Source of the DNA: an uncultured delta proteobacterium
GTDB taxonomy: Bacteria; Myxococcota; Myxococcia; Myxococcales; Anaeromyxobacteraceae
NCBI GenBank assembly: GCA_963766715.1
Contig: CAVYBH010000001.1
Location: 192,001-256,000, forward strand
Direction: 5' to 3'
DNA: 64,000 nt
The notes below the pieces were generated by a model. The model saw only the letters and a list, made by a program, of their open reading frames with translations, was not told the origin of the DNA and made no database searches. Within the stretch, counting starts at the first letter, position 1; every line of letters begins with the position of its first letter. This document shows positions 1 to 11,130 of this stretch, one piece after another. Made by a program: the position numbers and the translations under genes.

Positions 1-1347
1 CTGTTCCTGGTGGGGGAGGGCGAGGAGCTCCTGCCCTCCTTCTTCGCGGCCCTGCGCCGGCTGCCCGCCCGGGAGCCGCGGGCCGGGGCGCTGCGGGCGC
101 TGGCCCGGATCCCCGGCGCCTACGTCCCGTCGCTCTACGACGTCGAGTACGCCGACACCCGCGCCGGCGCGGGGTGGGTGACCCGCTTCGAGCCCCGGGA
201 GGGCGCGTCACCGCGGGTGAAGCGGCTCTACGTCCCCGACCTCGGGAAGGTGCCCACCAGCCGGGTGGTCGAGACCCCGGGCGCCCAGTTCGGCGACCTG
301 TACCTCACCGAGGTGGCGCGGGGCTGCCTGTGGGGCTGCCGCTTCTGCGCGGCCGGCTTCGTGCAGCGCCCCTACCGCGAGGTCGATCTCGAGGTGCTGC
401 GCGGCGAGGTGAGGAAGGGGATCGAGAAGGGGCTGCGCATCGGGCTCGTCGGCCCGGACACGAGCGACTACACCGGCCTCGACCCGCTCACCTGCTTCAT
501 CGGCGAGGAGGGGGGCACCTTCAGCCCCTCGTCGCTCCGCGTCGACGCCATCACGCCCGAGCTGGCCGGCCGCATGGCCGCCGGAGGCGAGCGCTCCATC
601 ACGCTGGCGCCCGAGGCCGGGACCGACCGGATGCGCAAGGTCGTGAACAAGGACTTCTCCGACGACCGGATCGTCGAGGCGGCCGGGAACGCGCTCTCGC
701 AGGGCATGCGCCACGTGAAGCTCTACTTCATGTGCGGCCTGCCCACCGAGACCGACGAGGACGTGCTGGGCATGGCGCACGTCGCGCTCCGCATCCGCGA
801 CGAGGTGATGAAGCCGAAGGCCAAGGCCACCGGGCGCATGGGGCGCATCACGCTCTCGGTGAACCCCTTCGTGCCCAAGCCCTGGACCCCGTTCCAGTGG
901 GCGCCCATGCACGACGCCGGCTGCCTGGCCAAGAAGCGCCGCCTGCTGGAGAAGGCGCTGCGCCCCCACGGCATCGAGGTCGAGTTCTTCAGCCCGCGCG
1001 AGGGCTACGTGCAGACGCTGCTCTCCCGCGGCGACCGGCGCGTCGCCGACCTGCTCGAGCTGGCGCTCCTCGAGACCGGCGGCAGCGTGCAGCGCGCGCT
1101 CGCCCGCTGGCCGCACGACCCGGAGTTCTTCGTCACCCGCGAGGTGGGCGTCGACGAGTGGCTCCCCTGGGACTTCATCGACCACGGGCTCGAGAAGGCC
1201 TTCCTGGCCCGCGAGTACCGGCGCGGCGTCGGGGCCCGCATCACGCCCAAGTGCGCGCTCGCCACCTGCCGGGCCTGCGGCCTCGACTGCGCCGACCACC
1301 CCGAGCTCCGCCTCCCGCAGCCCGCGGTCGGGGTGCCCGTCCCGTGA
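1..1347 (+). CDS. Radical SAM protein (TIGR03960/YgiQ-like), 5' end outside window
   Basis: CxxxCxxC motif (RGCLWGCRFC), SLRVD, LAPEAG, YFMCGLPTET, PFVPKPWTPFQW; C-terminal CxxxxCxxCG cluster. Confidence 0.85.
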   Translation: MFLVGEGEELLPSFFAALRRLPAREPRAGALRALARIPGAYVPSLYDVEYADTRAGAGWVTRFEPREGASPRVKRLYVPDLGKVPTSRVVETPGAQFGDLYLTEVARGCLWGCRFCAAGFVQRPYREVDLEVLRGEVRKGIEKGLRIGLVGPDTSDYTGLDPLTCFIGEEGGTFSPSSLRVDAITPELAGRMAAGGERSITLAPEAGTDRMRKVVNKDFSDDRIVEAAGNALSQGMRHVKLYFMCGLPTETDEDVLGMAHVALRIRDEVMKPKAKATGRMGRITLSVNPFVPKPWTPFQWAPMHDAGCLAKKRRLLEKALRPHGIEVEFFSPREGYVQTLLSRGDRRVADLLELALLETGGSVQRALARWPHDPEFFVTREVGVDEWLPWDFIDHGLEKAFLAREYRRGVGARITPKCALATCRACGLDCADHPELRLPQPAVGVPVP

Positions 1348-1862
1348 GCCTCCCCTTCGAGGACGCCATGCGCGAGGCCATGCGGCTCGCCGGCGAGGCC
1401 GCCGCCGCCGGCGAGGTCCCGGTGGGCGCGGTGGCGGTGCACGACGGCGTCGTGGTCGGCCGCGGCCGCAACCGGCGCGAGGAGGACCGCGATCCCTGCG
1501 CCCACGCCGAGCTGCTGGCGCTCCAGGAGGCCTCGCGCACGCTGGGGCGCTGGAGGCTCACCGGGGTGACGCTGGTCGTGACCCTCGAGCCCTGCGCCAT
1601 GTGCGCCGGCGCCCTCGTGCTGGCCCGGATCGACCGGCTGGTCTACGGGGCGTCTGACCCGAAAGCGGGAGCGGTGGGCTCCCTCATGGACCTCTCCTGC
1701 GACCCCCGCCTCAACCACCGCTTCCCGGTCGAGCGGGGCCTTCTCGGCGAGGCCTGCGGGGAGCAGCTGCGGGCCTTCTTCCGGTCCAGACGGGCAACTT
1801 CCGGTGCCTCCGGGGAGATTTCCGCATCCACCGTGCTTGGCTCCGGGGGGGAAATCGGTTAA
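1344..1862 (+). CDS. tadA: tRNA adenosine(34) deaminase
   Basis: GEVPVGAV, HAE and TLEPCAMC deaminase motifs; GTG start overlaps the upstream TGA. Confidence 0.92.
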   Translation: MSLPFEDAMREAMRLAGEAAAAGEVPVGAVAVHDGVVVGRGRNRREEDRDPCAHAELLALQEASRTLGRWRLTGVTLVVTLEPCAMCAGALVLARIDRLVYGASDPKAGAVGSLMDLSCDPRLNHRFPVERGLLGEACGEQLRAFFRSRRATSGASGEISASTVLGSGGEIG

Positions 1863-1872
1863 ATCCGCCCGC

Positions 1873-1960
1873 GGAGAGCTGGCCGAGCTGGTCGAAGGCG
1901 CCTGACTCGAAATCAGGTGTACGGGCAACCGTACCGTGGGTTCGAATCCCACGCTCTCCG
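1873..1960 (+). tRNA. tRNA-Ser(CGA)
   Basis: GGAGAGC/GCTCTCC acceptor stem, CCTGA-CT CGA AA-TCAGG anticodon arm, long variable arm, GGTTCGAATCC T-loop; CCA not encoded. Confidence 0.95.
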
Positions 1961-1982
1961 CATCGTTTCGCTGTTATCGATT

Positions 1983-2075
1983 GGAGAGGTGACCGAGCGG
2001 CCGAAGGTGAACGACTGGAAATCGTTTGTCCGCCCAAAAGGTGGACCGTGGGTTCAAATCCCACCCTCTCCGCCA
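1983..2075 (+). tRNA. tRNA-Ser(GGA)
   Basis: GGAGAGG/CCTCTCC acceptor stem, AACGA-CT GGA AA-TCGTT anticodon arm, long variable arm, GGTTCAAATCC T-loop, encoded CCA. Confidence 0.95.
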
Positions 2076-2082
2076 GTCGACA

Positions 2083-2193
2083 GGAGCCGGTCCAGAATCC
2101 TCGGGCGACGTGGGTGCAGTCGAACCCCGCCAGGCCCGGAAGGGAGCAACGGTAGGCTGTCCTCCGTGCGCCCGGGGATTGTGGACCGGCTCC
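2083..2193 (+). ncRNA. ffs: Small bacterial SRP RNA (4.5S)
   Basis: Long hairpin GGAGCCGGTCCA...TGGACCGGCTCC with CAGGCCCGGAAGGGAGCA domain IV core; followed by a T-run; conserved position upstream of dnaX. Confidence 0.92.
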
Positions 2194-2213
2194 GTTTTTT
2201 TTCGAGGTGAACC

Positions 2214-3987
2214 ATGGGCTACCTCGTCCTCGCCCGGAAGTACCGGCCGCAGACCTTCGGCGAGATGTCGGGCCAGGAGCACGTGGTCCGCACGCTGTCG
2301 AACGCGCTCGCGCGCGGGCGGCTCGCCCACGCCTTCCTCTTCACCGGTCCCCGCGGCGTGGGGAAGACCACCGCGGCCCGGCTCGTCGCCAAGGCCGTGA
2401 ACTGCGAGAAGGGGCCGACCGCCACGCCCTGCGGCACCTGCGTGGCCTGCGTCGAGATCACCGAGGGGCGCTCCGTCGACGTCATCGAGATCGACGCGGC
2501 CTCCAACAACGGCGTCGACAACGTCCGCGACATCGTCGAGGGGGTGAAGTACCGGCCCGCCCGCGACCCGTACAAGGTCTTCGTGGTGGACGAGGTCCAC
2601 ATGCTCTCCACCGGGGCGTTCAACGCCCTGCTGAAGACGCTCGAGGAGCCGCCCGACCACGTGCTCTTCGTGCTCGCCACCACCGACGTCCACAAGGTGC
2701 CGGAGACCATCGTCTCCCGCTGCCAGCGCTTCGACTTCCGGCGCCTCGACCTGCGCCAGATCGTCGACCAGCTCCGCAAGGTGGCCACGGCGGAGGGGAT
2801 GAAGCTCTCCGACGCCTCGCTCGCGCTGGTGGCCCGCGCCGCCGAGGGCGGCATGCGCGACGCCCTCTCGCTCCTCGACCGGGTGCGCGCCGCCTGCGGC
2901 GACGAGCCGGGCGAGGAGGCCGTGGCCGAGGCGCTCGGCGTGGTCGACGCGGCCGCGGTGGCGCGCATCGCCTCCGCCATGGTCCAGCGGGACGGCGCCT
3001 CCCTGCTCGCCGAGGTGGCCGCGCTCCACGAGCGGGGGCTGGAGATGCGCCGCGTCGCCGAGGAGCTGGTGCGCTTCCTGCGCGACGTCACGGTGACCCG
3101 GCTCGCGCCGGGCGTCCCCCTCGACCTGCCCGAGGCCGAGCGGCGCGACGTCGAGGCGCTGGCGGGCGCGGCCGATCCGGCCCAGCTCGCGCGCCTCTTC
3201 GACCTGGTCCAGCGGGCGGTGACCGAGGTGAAGCTCGCCGACCAGCCCCGCTACGCGCTGGAGATCGCGCTCCTGAAGGGCGCGGTGCTCGCCCCCGGGG
3301 CCGACGTGTCCGCGCTGCTCGCCCGGGCCGAGGCGCTCGCCGGCGGGCGCCCCCTGCCGGCGCCGGCGCCGCGCGCGTCGCCCCCGTCGCCCGCCCCGTC
3401 CCCGCCTGCCGCCCGCCCGGCCGCGGCTCCCCGTCCCGCCGCTCCGGTCCCTGCCGTCGCGTCGCCCGGCGCCCTCGCCGCCCGCCGCGCCAAGGGCCGC
3501 CGCCGCACCTCCCCGGCCGCTCCCCCGCCTCCCGCCGCCCCCGCGCCGTCGGCGGCGAGCGACGACTCCCAGCCGCTCGCCGATCGCTGGCGCGCCGCGG
3601 TCGCCGCGGTCGAGGCCGGGAGCCCGACGCTCGGGGCGGCGCTCAAGCAGGCCTCGCTCGTCTCCTTCGGGCCGCCCGAGGTCCGCATCCGCTTCGCGGC
3701 CGGGACCAAGTATCCGGAGATGGTGGAGCGCAAGCGGGCGGCGGTCGAGAAGGCCTTCTCCGGCCCTGCTCGGGCGCCCCGCGAAGCTCGCCATCGAGGT
3801 GGGGCCGGCCGCGCCCGCGTCTCCGGCCGCCGAGGCCAGCGCCCCGGTCGCCCCCATCGCGTCGGTGGAGCGGGCCGAGCGGGAGGCCCGCTCGGCGAGG
3901 CTGCGCGAAGAGGCCCGGAGCCACCCCAACATCCAGGAAGCGGCGAAGCTGCTGGGCGCCGAGATCGACGGAACCGACGAGCTGTAG
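2214..3987 (+). CDS. dnaX: DNA polymerase III subunit gamma/tau (frameshift near 3770)
   Basis: [32 protein letters not shown]; Pro/Ala linker; C-terminus continues in the 3799..3987 frame ([15 protein letters not shown]). Confidence 0.93.
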
Positions 3988-4009
3988 GGCCAAGGGCCCG
4001 GGAGCATCC

Positions 4010-4321
4010 ATGGACATCCAGTTCCTCATGCGGCAGGCGAAGAAGATCGAGAAGGCCGTCGAGCAGGCGAAGGAGAAGCTCTCCGAGCTCGAGGTCGACG
4101 CCGAGTCCGGCGGCGGCCTCGTCCAGGTGAAGATGAACGGGCGCTTCGAGGTCCGTCGCATCACCATCGACCCGAAGGCCATGGACCCCGCCGACAAGGG
4201 CATGCTCGAGGACCTGGTGGCGGCCGCCGTCAACGCCGCCATGGAGAAGGCCCGCGTCCTCTCCGACGAGACCATGGAGAAGGCCACCGGCGGGCTGCGC
4301 ATCCCCGGCCTGGGGACCTGA
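4010..4321 (+). CDS. ybaB: YbaB/EbfC nucleoid-associated protein
   Basis: [14 protein letters not shown] and [11 protein letters not shown] motifs; lies between dnaX and recR. Confidence 0.92.
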   Translation: MDIQFLMRQAKKIEKAVEQAKEKLSELEVDAESGGGLVQVKMNGRFEVRRITIDPKAMDPADKGMLEDLVAAAVNAAMEKARVLSDETMEKATGGLRIPGLGT

Positions 4322-4328
4322 TCCGCGC

Positions 4329-4926
4329 ATGTCCGTCGCCGATCCCATCGCACGGCTGGTGAAGGAGCTGGCCCGGCTGCCGGGCATCGGCGAGAAGACC
4401 GCCCAGCGGCTGGCCTTCCACGTGCTCGACGCCGGCCCGGCCTACGCCGAGGCGCTGGCGTCGGCGCTCGTGGCCGTGGTCCGCGACGTGCGCTGCTGCT
4501 CGGTGTGCCAGACCCTCACCGAGCACGACCCCTGCGGCATCTGCTCCGACGTCGCGGCGCGACGCCCGCCTCCTCTGCGTGGTGGAGGGCGTGCCCGACC
4601 TCGTGGCCATCGAGCGCACCCACGAGTTCCGCGGCCGCTACCACGTGCTCCACGGCGCGCTCTCGCCGCTCGACGGCGTGGGGCCGTCCGACCTCAAGAT
4701 CCGCGAGCTGCTGGCGCGCCTCTCGACCGAGCCGGCCGAGGAGGTCCTCATCGCCACCAACCCCGACGTCGAGGGGGAGGCCACCGCCCTCTACCTGGCG
4801 CGCCTCCTGAAGCCCACGGGGGTGAAGGTGAGTCGCATCGCACAGGGTGTGCCCATGGGCGGCGATCTCGAGTACGCCGACCAGGTCACCCTGGCGCGCG
4901 CCATCTCCGGAAGGCGCGAGCTCTGA
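4329..4926 (+). CDS. recR: Recombination mediator RecR (frameshift near 4555)
   Basis: [14 protein letters not shown]4 zinc finger, [31 protein letters not shown]. Confidence 0.93.
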
Positions 4927-5011
4927 GCGGCGATATCGCGGCGCAGGATTGATCGGCCCGGGATTCCCTGGTATCGCCGGAGAGACCGTCACTCGACGCG
5001 TCGGAGAGGGC

Positions 5012-5491
5012 ATGAACCCGGGCCTGGTACTTTACGAGGAGGAGTTCCGGAAGATCTCCGGGATCTGCGACCGCCTGACGCGCGACGCCAGCGCGAAGGT
5101 GGTGTTCCTCGTCGACAAGAACGGGCAGCTCATCGCCTCGGCCGGGCAGTCCCAGCACCTCGACACCACCTCGCTCGCCTCGCTCACCGCCGGCAACGTG
5201 GCCGCCATGGGCGGTCTCGCCAAGCTCATCGGCGAGAAGGAGTTCCCCAGCCAGTTCCACGAGGGCGAGCACGAGTCCCTGCACATGTCCATCGTGGGCG
5301 GCCGGGTCGTCCTGGTCGTCGTCTTCGACGCCCGCAGCTCGCTCGGGCTCGTTCGCCTGCGCGTGAAGAAGGCCAGCGAGGAGCTGGCCCGGGTCTTCGA
5401 GCAGCTCTCGCGGCGGCAGTCCGCACCCGGCGCGCAGAGCCCGTTCGCCGAGATCACCGACGACGACATCGACAACCTGTTCAGCGCCTAG
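5012..5491 (+). CDS. mglB: Roadblock/LC7 GAP MglB
   Basis: LVDKNGQLIA, TSLASLTAGNVAAMGGLAKLIGE, C-terminal EITDDDIDNLFS. Confidence 0.95.
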   Translation: MNPGLVLYEEEFRKISGICDRLTRDASAKVVFLVDKNGQLIASAGQSQHLDTTSLASLTAGNVAAMGGLAKLIGEKEFPSQFHEGEHESLHMSIVGGRVVLVVVFDARSSLGLVRLRVKKASEELARVFEQLSRRQSAPGAQSPFAEITDDDIDNLFSA

Positions 5492-5494
5492 CCC

Positions 5495-6082
5495 ATGAGC
5501 TTCATCAACTACAGCTCGCGGGAGATCAACTGCAAGATCGTCTATTACGGTCCCGGGCTCTGCGGGAAGACCACCAACCTCCAGTACGTCTACGCGCGCA
5601 CCTCGCCCGAGGCCAAGGGCAAGATGATCAGCCTGGCCACCGAGACCGAGCGCACGCTCTTCTTCGACTTCCTCCCGCTCTCCCTCGGCGAGATCCGCGG
5701 ATTCAAGACCCGCTTCCACCTCTACACGGTGCCCGGCCAGGTCTTCTACGACGCCTCGCGCAAGCTCATCCTCAAGGGGGTCGACGGCGTGGTCTTCGTC
5801 GCCGACAGCCAGATCGAGCGCATGGAGGCCAACCTCGAGTCGGTCGAGAACCTCCGGGTGAACCTGGCCGAGCAGGGCTACGACCTGAACCGCCTCCCCT
5901 ACGTCGTGCAGTACAACAAGCGCGACCTGCCCAACGTCGCCACCGTCGACGAGCTGCACCGGCTGCTCAACCCGCGCGCCGTGCCCGAGTTCCAGGCGGT
6001 GGCCCCGACCGGCGTGGGGGTCTTCGACACCCTCAAGTCGGTGGCGAAGCTGGTCCTCACCGAGCTGAAGCGCGGAGCCTGA
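5495..6082 (+). CDS. mglA: Ras-like GTPase MglA
   Basis: [38 protein letters not shown]. Confidence 0.97.
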   Translation: MSFINYSSREINCKIVYYGPGLCGKTTNLQYVYARTSPEAKGKMISLATETERTLFFDFLPLSLGEIRGFKTRFHLYTVPGQVFYDASRKLILKGVDGVVFVADSQIERMEANLESVENLRVNLAEQGYDLNRLPYVVQYNKRDLPNVATVDELHRLLNPRAVPEFQAVAPTGVGVFDTLKSVAKLVLTELKRGA

Positions 6083-6216
6083 GCGGGGACCGCAGCCCCA
6101 CCCCCTCCAGGGACCCAGGAGGGGCCTGAAGTGCTTGCCCTGCGGCGCGTCTAGAGGTAGGACCGCACCGCCCGCCCAAAGGCGCCCGAGCGCCGTCGAC
6201 AGGAGAGACTGACCCC

Positions 6217-7866
6217 ATGAACCTTCGCGTCCTCGCACTCGCGGCCCTCACGGCGCTCGCGCCCGCAGCGTCCCTGGCGCAGGATCTGAGCCTCACCCTC
6301 GCCCAGGCCGACTACCGGGAGCCGCTCTCGCCGCCGGAGGCTCTCGACAACCCGAGCCGGCCCGACGCGACCGAGCTCGCGCTGCTCAAGGACGCCTACA
6401 TCCACATCGACCGGGCCGGGCGCGACCGCCAGTCGGGCAACCCCGACGCGGCCGCCGCCGAGGACAAGGTCGCCGCCGAGAACCTGGTGCGGTTCGTGAA
6501 CAAGTACACGAACCACCGGCTGCACATCGTCTTCCTGCGCATGGCGGCCGTCCGCTTCCTGAACTCGAAGGAGTGGCAGGCCGCCGCCGAGGCCGCCAGC
6601 CGCATGGTCCAGGACCCCAAGGCCACCGCGCTCACCAAGGCCGTGGGCGCGCGCTACGCCTCCGGCGCCTGGCAGATGCTCGCCGTGCAGGAGATGAAGG
6701 CCGGCAAGATCCCGCAGCTCAAGCTCCAGCCTTCCACCGCCCGCGGCGGCGTGGCGCCCACGCCCCGCTCGCCCGACCTGCCGTGGAAGATGTTCGTCGA
6801 GAACGCCGACATCTACGCCGCCAACGCCGACGCCGACCCGGCCAACAAGCTCGACTCCGACGGGAAGAAGGCGGCCGGCGGCGCCGACGCGGGCATGCTC
6901 GAGCTCATCGCCGCCCAGGTCGAGTTCGGCTACGACAACATCGAGGACGCCCAGCGCCGCTTCGGCAAGCTCATCGAGAAGTACCCCTCCCGCGCCGACA
7001 TCCTCGAGACCGCGGTCCCCTACTACCTCGACAGCTTCAAGATCCTGAAGAACACCCAGGGGCTCGAGGCGGCCCTCGCCAAGGTCGAGCCGGGCGTCGC
7101 CGCCGCCGCGAAGCAGGCCGCCGAGCAGGCCGCCGCTCCGGGCGCCAGCGAGGAGGCGAAGAAGTCCTCGGCCACGCTGACCCGGCTCGCCACGGAGCTC
7201 CGCGACGCCTCCCGGGCGAGCGACTACGCCACCGCCGCGGCCCTCATGCAGAAGGGCGACGCCGCCCCCCGGGACGGCAAGACGGCGCCCCCCGAGTTCG
7301 CCCAGGCCGGCGCGCTCTTCGAGAAGTACGCGAACGAGAACAAGGCCAGCCCCGACGCCCCCAACGCCCTCTTCAACGCCGGCATCGCCTACGACAAGGC
7401 CAAGGAGCCGAAGAAGGCCGTGGCCGTCCGCGAGGCCCTGCTGGCGAGCTACCCCGACGCCAAGGTGACGCAGCAGACCACCGTGATCCTGGGCGGCACG
7501 CTGGCCGCGTCGCGCGAGTACCCGGCCTCGGCCAAGTACAACCAGCAGTACCTGACCCGCTGGCCCGACGGGCCGCAGCGCTGCACCGCCCTCCAGAACC
7601 TGGGCGTGGCCCAGCAGGAGCTGAAGAAGCCGGCCGACGCGGCCGACAGCTACCTGCGCTTCGCCGCCGACCCCACCTGCGCCGGCGAGGATCCGAACGC
7701 CACGGCCCGCATCCTCTACTCGGCCGCCAAGATGCAGGCCGACGCGAAGAAGCCGGCCGAGGCCAAGAAGGCCCTGCAGCAGCTGGTCGCGCTGAAGGGG
7801 GTCACCGACGTGGTGGCCAAGTCGTACCAGACCGACGCCAAGGAGCGGCTCGCCAAGATGAAGTAG
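6217..7866 (+). CDS. Secreted TPR-like helical repeat protein
   Basis: Signal peptide (ALAPAASLA); repeats such as [13 protein letters not shown] and RILYSAAK; strong GC3 bias; SD AGGAG. Confidence 0.7.
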   Translation: MNLRVLALAALTALAPAASLAQDLSLTLAQADYREPLSPPEALDNPSRPDATELALLKDAYIHIDRAGRDRQSGNPDAAAAEDKVAAENLVRFVNKYTNHRLHIVFLRMAAVRFLNSKEWQAAAEAASRMVQDPKATALTKAVGARYASGAWQMLAVQEMKAGKIPQLKLQPSTARGGVAPTPRSPDLPWKMFVENADIYAANADADPANKLDSDGKKAAGGADAGMLELIAAQVEFGYDNIEDAQRRFGKLIEKYPSRADILETAVPYYLDSFKILKNTQGLEAALAKVEPGVAAAAKQAAEQAAAPGASEEAKKSSATLTRLATELRDASRASDYATAAALMQKGDAAPRDGKTAPPEFAQAGALFEKYANENKASPDAPNALFNAGIAYDKAKEPKKAVAVREALLASYPDAKVTQQTTVILGGTLAASREYPASAKYNQQYLTRWPDGPQRCTALQNLGVAQQELKKPADAADSYLRFAADPTCAGEDPNATARILYSAAKMQADAKKPAEAKKALQQLVALKGVTDVVAKSYQTDAKERLAKMK

Positions 7867-7947
7867 CGAGGACCGGGGGCGAGCCGCGCCGGTCCGCGCG
7901 TCGTCCCCGCCTCGAGCCGCCCTCCAGTCCGGAAGCACCCCCGGCCG

Positions 7948-7963
7948 CGGCACGAGCCCTGCT
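7948..7963 (+). promoter_or_regulatory. Putative sigma54 -24/-12 promoter of comM-recA
   Basis: CGGCACGAGCCCTGCT = GG-N10-GC, close to consensus TGGCACGN4TTGCW; 15 nt before the ATG. Confidence 0.65.
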
Positions 7964-7977
7964 CGTGTTCGCGGCCG

Positions 7978-9495
7978 ATGCTCGTCCGCGTCCGCTCCTC
8001 CTCCGTCCTCGGCGTCTCGGCCATTCCCGTCGACGTCGAGGTCGACGTGGCGGGGGGCATGCCCCGCTTCGTGCTGGTGGGGCTGGCCGGCGGCGCCGTC
8101 CAGGAGTCGGTGGTCCGGGTGGCGGCGGCGGTGCGCAACCTCGGGTTCAAGCTCCCGTCCAAGCGGGTGACGGTGAACCTGGCGCCGGCCGACCTCCGCA
8201 AGGAGGGGACCGCCTTCGACCTGCCCATCGCGGCCGCCCTCCTCGGCGCCTGCGGCCTCGTGCCGGCGGCGTCGCTCGCCGGGCTGCACCTGGCCGGCGA
8301 GCTCTCGCTCTCGGGGGAGGTGAAGGCCACCCGCGGCGTGCTCCCCATGGCCATCGCGGCGCGCCGCTCGGGGGCTCGCGCCTTCCTGGTGCCGGTCCCC
8401 AACGCGCTGGAGGCCGCCGCGGTCGAGGGGCTCTGCGTCCAGCCGGTCCGCCACCTGGGGCAGCTCGCGGCCTGGGCCCACGGGCAGGAGCCGCTCGACC
8501 CGCTTCCCCCCGGGGACCGCCCGCTCGCCCTCACCGGGGGCGCGCTCGACCTGCGCGACGTGGCCGGGCAGGAGGGAGCCAAGCGCGCCCTCGAGATCGC
8601 GGCGGCCGGCGACCACAACCTGCTCCTCTTCGGCCCGCCGGGAAGCGGCAAGACCATGCTGGCCCGCAGGCTGGGCGGGCTGCTCCCTCCGCTCGACCTC
8701 GACGAGGCGCTCGAGGCCACCTCGGTCCACAGCGTGGCGGGGCTCCTGCGCGACCGGGGGCTGCTCGGGGAGCGGCCGTTCCGGGCGCCCCACCACTCCA
8801 TCTCCGACGCGGGGCTGGTGGGCGGCTCGGCCAGCCCGCGCCCGGGCGAGGTGTCGCTCGCCCACCGCGGGGTCCTCTTCCTCGACGAGCTGCCCGAGTT
8901 CCGGCGCCACGTCCTCGAGTCGCTCCGCCAGCCGCTGGAGGACGGCGACGTCATCCTCTCCCGCGCCGGGCACACCGTCCGCTACCCGGCCGAGTTCCAG
9001 CTGGTGGCGGCCATGAACCCGTGCCCCTGCGGCTTCCTGGGCGACGCCCGCCGGGCCTGCCTGTGCGGCGACGAGCAGCTCCTCCGCTACCGGCGGCGGG
9101 TCTCCGGCCCGCTCCTCGACCGCATCGACCTCCACGTCGACGTGCCCGCCGTGCCCTGCGACCGGCTGCAGGGAGCGGGCGCGGGAGAGGGCACGGCCGA
9201 GGTGTCCTTGCGGGTCCGGGCCGCCCGGGAGCGGCAGCGGGCCCGGGGGGCGCAGAACGCGCGGCTGCGCGGCGGGGCGCTCCGGCGCCACTGCGCGCTC
9301 GACGCCGCCGCCCGGGAGGTCCTCTCGCGGGCCGCACAGCGGCTCGGCCTGTCGGCCCGGGCACACGATCGAATTCTCAGGGTGGCGCGAACCATCGCCG
9401 ACCTCGAGGGCGCGGCGCGCGTGGACGCGCGCCACCTGCTGGAAGCCGTGCAGTACCGCGCCCTCGATCGGCCGGCTTCAACGGAGGCAACGTGA
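7978..9495 (+). CDS. comM: YifB/ComM Mg-chelatase-like AAA+ ATPase
   Basis: [75 protein letters not shown]. Confidence 0.93.
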   Translation: MLVRVRSSSVLGVSAIPVDVEVDVAGGMPRFVLVGLAGGAVQESVVRVAAAVRNLGFKLPSKRVTVNLAPADLRKEGTAFDLPIAAALLGACGLVPAASLAGLHLAGELSLSGEVKATRGVLPMAIAARRSGARAFLVPVPNALEAAAVEGLCVQPVRHLGQLAAWAHGQEPLDPLPPGDRPLALTGGALDLRDVAGQEGAKRALEIAAAGDHNLLLFGPPGSGKTMLARRLGGLLPPLDLDEALEATSVHSVAGLLRDRGLLGERPFRAPHHSISDAGLVGGSASPRPGEVSLAHRGVLFLDELPEFRRHVLESLRQPLEDGDVILSRAGHTVRYPAEFQLVAAMNPCPCGFLGDARRACLCGDEQLLRYRRRVSGPLLDRIDLHVDVPAVPCDRLQGAGAGEGTAEVSLRVRAARERQRARGAQNARLRGGALRRHCALDAAAREVLSRAAQRLGLSARAHDRILRVARTIADLEGAARVDARHLLEAVQYRALDRPASTEAT

Positions 9496-10511
9496 GCAAG
9501 CTCGTGGAGAAGATGAAGGCGCTCGCCCAGGCGGTGGGCGCCATCGAGAAGCAGTTCGGCAAGGGCAGCATCATGCGGCTGGGAGAGGAGGGAGAGGCGC
9601 CGCCCGTGCCGGTCATCCCGTCGGGGTCCATCGGCCTCGACGTCGCCCTCGGCGTGGGAGGCTACCCGCGCGGCCGGGTGATCGAGATCTTCGGTCCCGA
9701 GTCGTCGGGGAAGACCACGCTGGCGCTCCACGCCATCGCCGAGGCCCAGAAGGCCGGCGGGGTGGCCGCCTTCATCGACGCCGAGCACGCACTCGACGTG
9801 AACTACGCCCGGAAGCTGGGGGTGAACGTCGGCGAGCTGCTCGTGTCGCAGCCCGACACCGGCGAGCAGGCGCTCGAGATCGCCGAGCAGCTGGTGCGCA
9901 GCGGGGCCTGCGACATCCTGGTCGTCGACAGCGTGGCGGCGCTCGTCCCCAGGGCGGAGATCGAGGGGGAGATGGGAGACGCGCACATGGGCGTGCAGGC
10001 GCGCCTCATGAGCCAGGCCATGCGAAAGCTCACCTCGGTGGTCTCCCGCAACCTCTCCACGGTGGTCTTCATCAACCAGATCCGGATGAAGATCGGCGTG
10101 GTCTTCGGCAACCCCGAGACCACCACCGGCGGCCAGGCCCTCAAGTTCTACGCCTCCATCCGGCTCGACATCCGGCGCATCGGCCAGGTGAAGGACGGGG
10201 AGCAGGTGGTGGGGAGCCGCACCCGGGTGAAGGTGGTGAAGAACAAGGTCGCCCCGCCGTTTCGCGAGGCCGAGTTCGACGTCCGCTACGGCGTGGGGGT
10301 GGACCGGCTCGCCGAGGCCCTCGACCTGGGCGTGGAGCGCGGCATCGTCGAGAAGTCGGGGGCCTACTTCTCGCTCGACGGGGAGCGGATCGGGCAGGGG
10401 AGGGAGCGGGCCGGCGAGTGGCTCCGGGAGCACCCGGCGGCGCTCGACTCGCTCGTGGCCCGCATCGGCGGCGCCCACGCGCCACCGGCGGCCATCGCCG
10501 CGGCCTCCTGA
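9492..10511 (+). CDS. recA: Recombinase RecA (resembles the myxobacterial RecA1 paralog)
   Basis: [53 protein letters not shown] overlaps the comM TGA. Confidence 0.96.
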   Translation: MSKLVEKMKALAQAVGAIEKQFGKGSIMRLGEEGEAPPVPVIPSGSIGLDVALGVGGYPRGRVIEIFGPESSGKTTLALHAIAEAQKAGGVAAFIDAEHALDVNYARKLGVNVGELLVSQPDTGEQALEIAEQLVRSGACDILVVDSVAALVPRAEIEGEMGDAHMGVQARLMSQAMRKLTSVVSRNLSTVVFINQIRMKIGVVFGNPETTTGGQALKFYASIRLDIRRIGQVKDGEQVVGSRTRVKVVKNKVAPPFREAEFDVRYGVGVDRLAEALDLGVERGIVEKSGAYFSLDGERIGQGRERAGEWLREHPAALDSLVARIGGAHAPPAAIAAAS

Positions 10512-10526
10512 GGCCCGGCGGGGACC

Positions 10527-10958
10527 TCACTCCGCGCCGAGTGGCCAGCTCTTCCCGGCGAGCGGGAGGCGAAAGCCGCCCGGCGCGGACGGGTCCTCGC
10601 TGAGCAGCATCCCCAGCGCGATCTGGGCGGCGCGGGAGAACCGGGCCGGGTGGCCGGAGGCCAAGGTCGTCCGCAGGCGCCCGTCCGCGCCCACCCGGAG
10701 CGTGCCCGGCACGAGCGGCTCCCGGCCGCCGCCGGCGAGCAGGAGGTCGAGGTTCCCGGGGCGTTCGGCGATCCCGGTGACCACGAACGGGGTCCCGTCC
10801 ACCGTCACGGGGGCGGTCTCCCGCCCCACGCGGACGACCCATCCTTCGCCCGACGGCTCGAGGCCCCGCCAGAGGACCTCCAGCGTCCGCTCGTGGGTCA
10901 CCGCCTCGCCGTGCACGAGGAACCGCCCCTCGTCGTCGATGGAGAGCCCGGGGATCAC
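10527..10958 (-). CDS. DUF1285-like hypothetical protein
   Basis: LSIDDEGRF..HG..THER, PVTVDGTPFVV and ARFSRAAQ pattern; start approximate. Confidence 0.6.
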   Translation of the reverse strand: MIPGLSIDDEGRFLVHGEAVTHERTLEVLWRGLEPSGEGWVVRVGRETAPVTVDGTPFVVTGIAERPGNLDLLLAGGGREPLVPGTLRVGADGRLRTTLASGHPARFSRAAQIALGMLLSEDPSAPGGFRLPLAGKSWPLGAE

Positions 10959-11130
10959 GCAGGAGACATAGCGGGAAAGACCAGCTCCGGCGACGGGAGT
11001 GCGCACCTTCCCGACATGGGTGGCCTTGCGAAACCGCCTTCCCGGGTGTCACCTGATCCGGGCAGCGTCGCGTCGTCGGAGGGGGGAGCGCTTGGCACGG
11101 GCATCCAGGTTCGGATCGCTTCACGGATCG

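Noticed and set aside
1873..2213. tRNA-Ser/ffs as an integration site for an island or prophage
   Set aside because: No integrase follows, I noticed no duplicated tRNA 3' end in the window, and the core ffs-dnaX-ybaB-recR order is intact.
3740..3800. Programmed frameshift in dnaX generating gamma/tau
   Set aside because: No A-run slippery site or evident stimulatory element is present, and similar indels occur in many unrelated genes, so sequencing error is more likely.
6151..9435. Very long alternative-frame and antisense ORFs (also 32924-37027, 33775-38223, 41585-44572, 54549-58517)
   Set aside because: These are shadow ORFs caused by stop-codon scarcity at high GC. They overlap well-recognised genes and are Arg/Pro/Gly-rich without motifs, except where they contain the real gene.
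9400..9491. LexA/SOS box upstream of recA
   Set aside because: The region is comM coding sequence and I could not find a convincing CTGAAC-N4-GTTCAG-like palindrome.
11092..11107. TTGGCACG as a sigma54 -24 element
   Set aside because: There is no GC at the required N10 spacing (it reads CA), so it is not counted.
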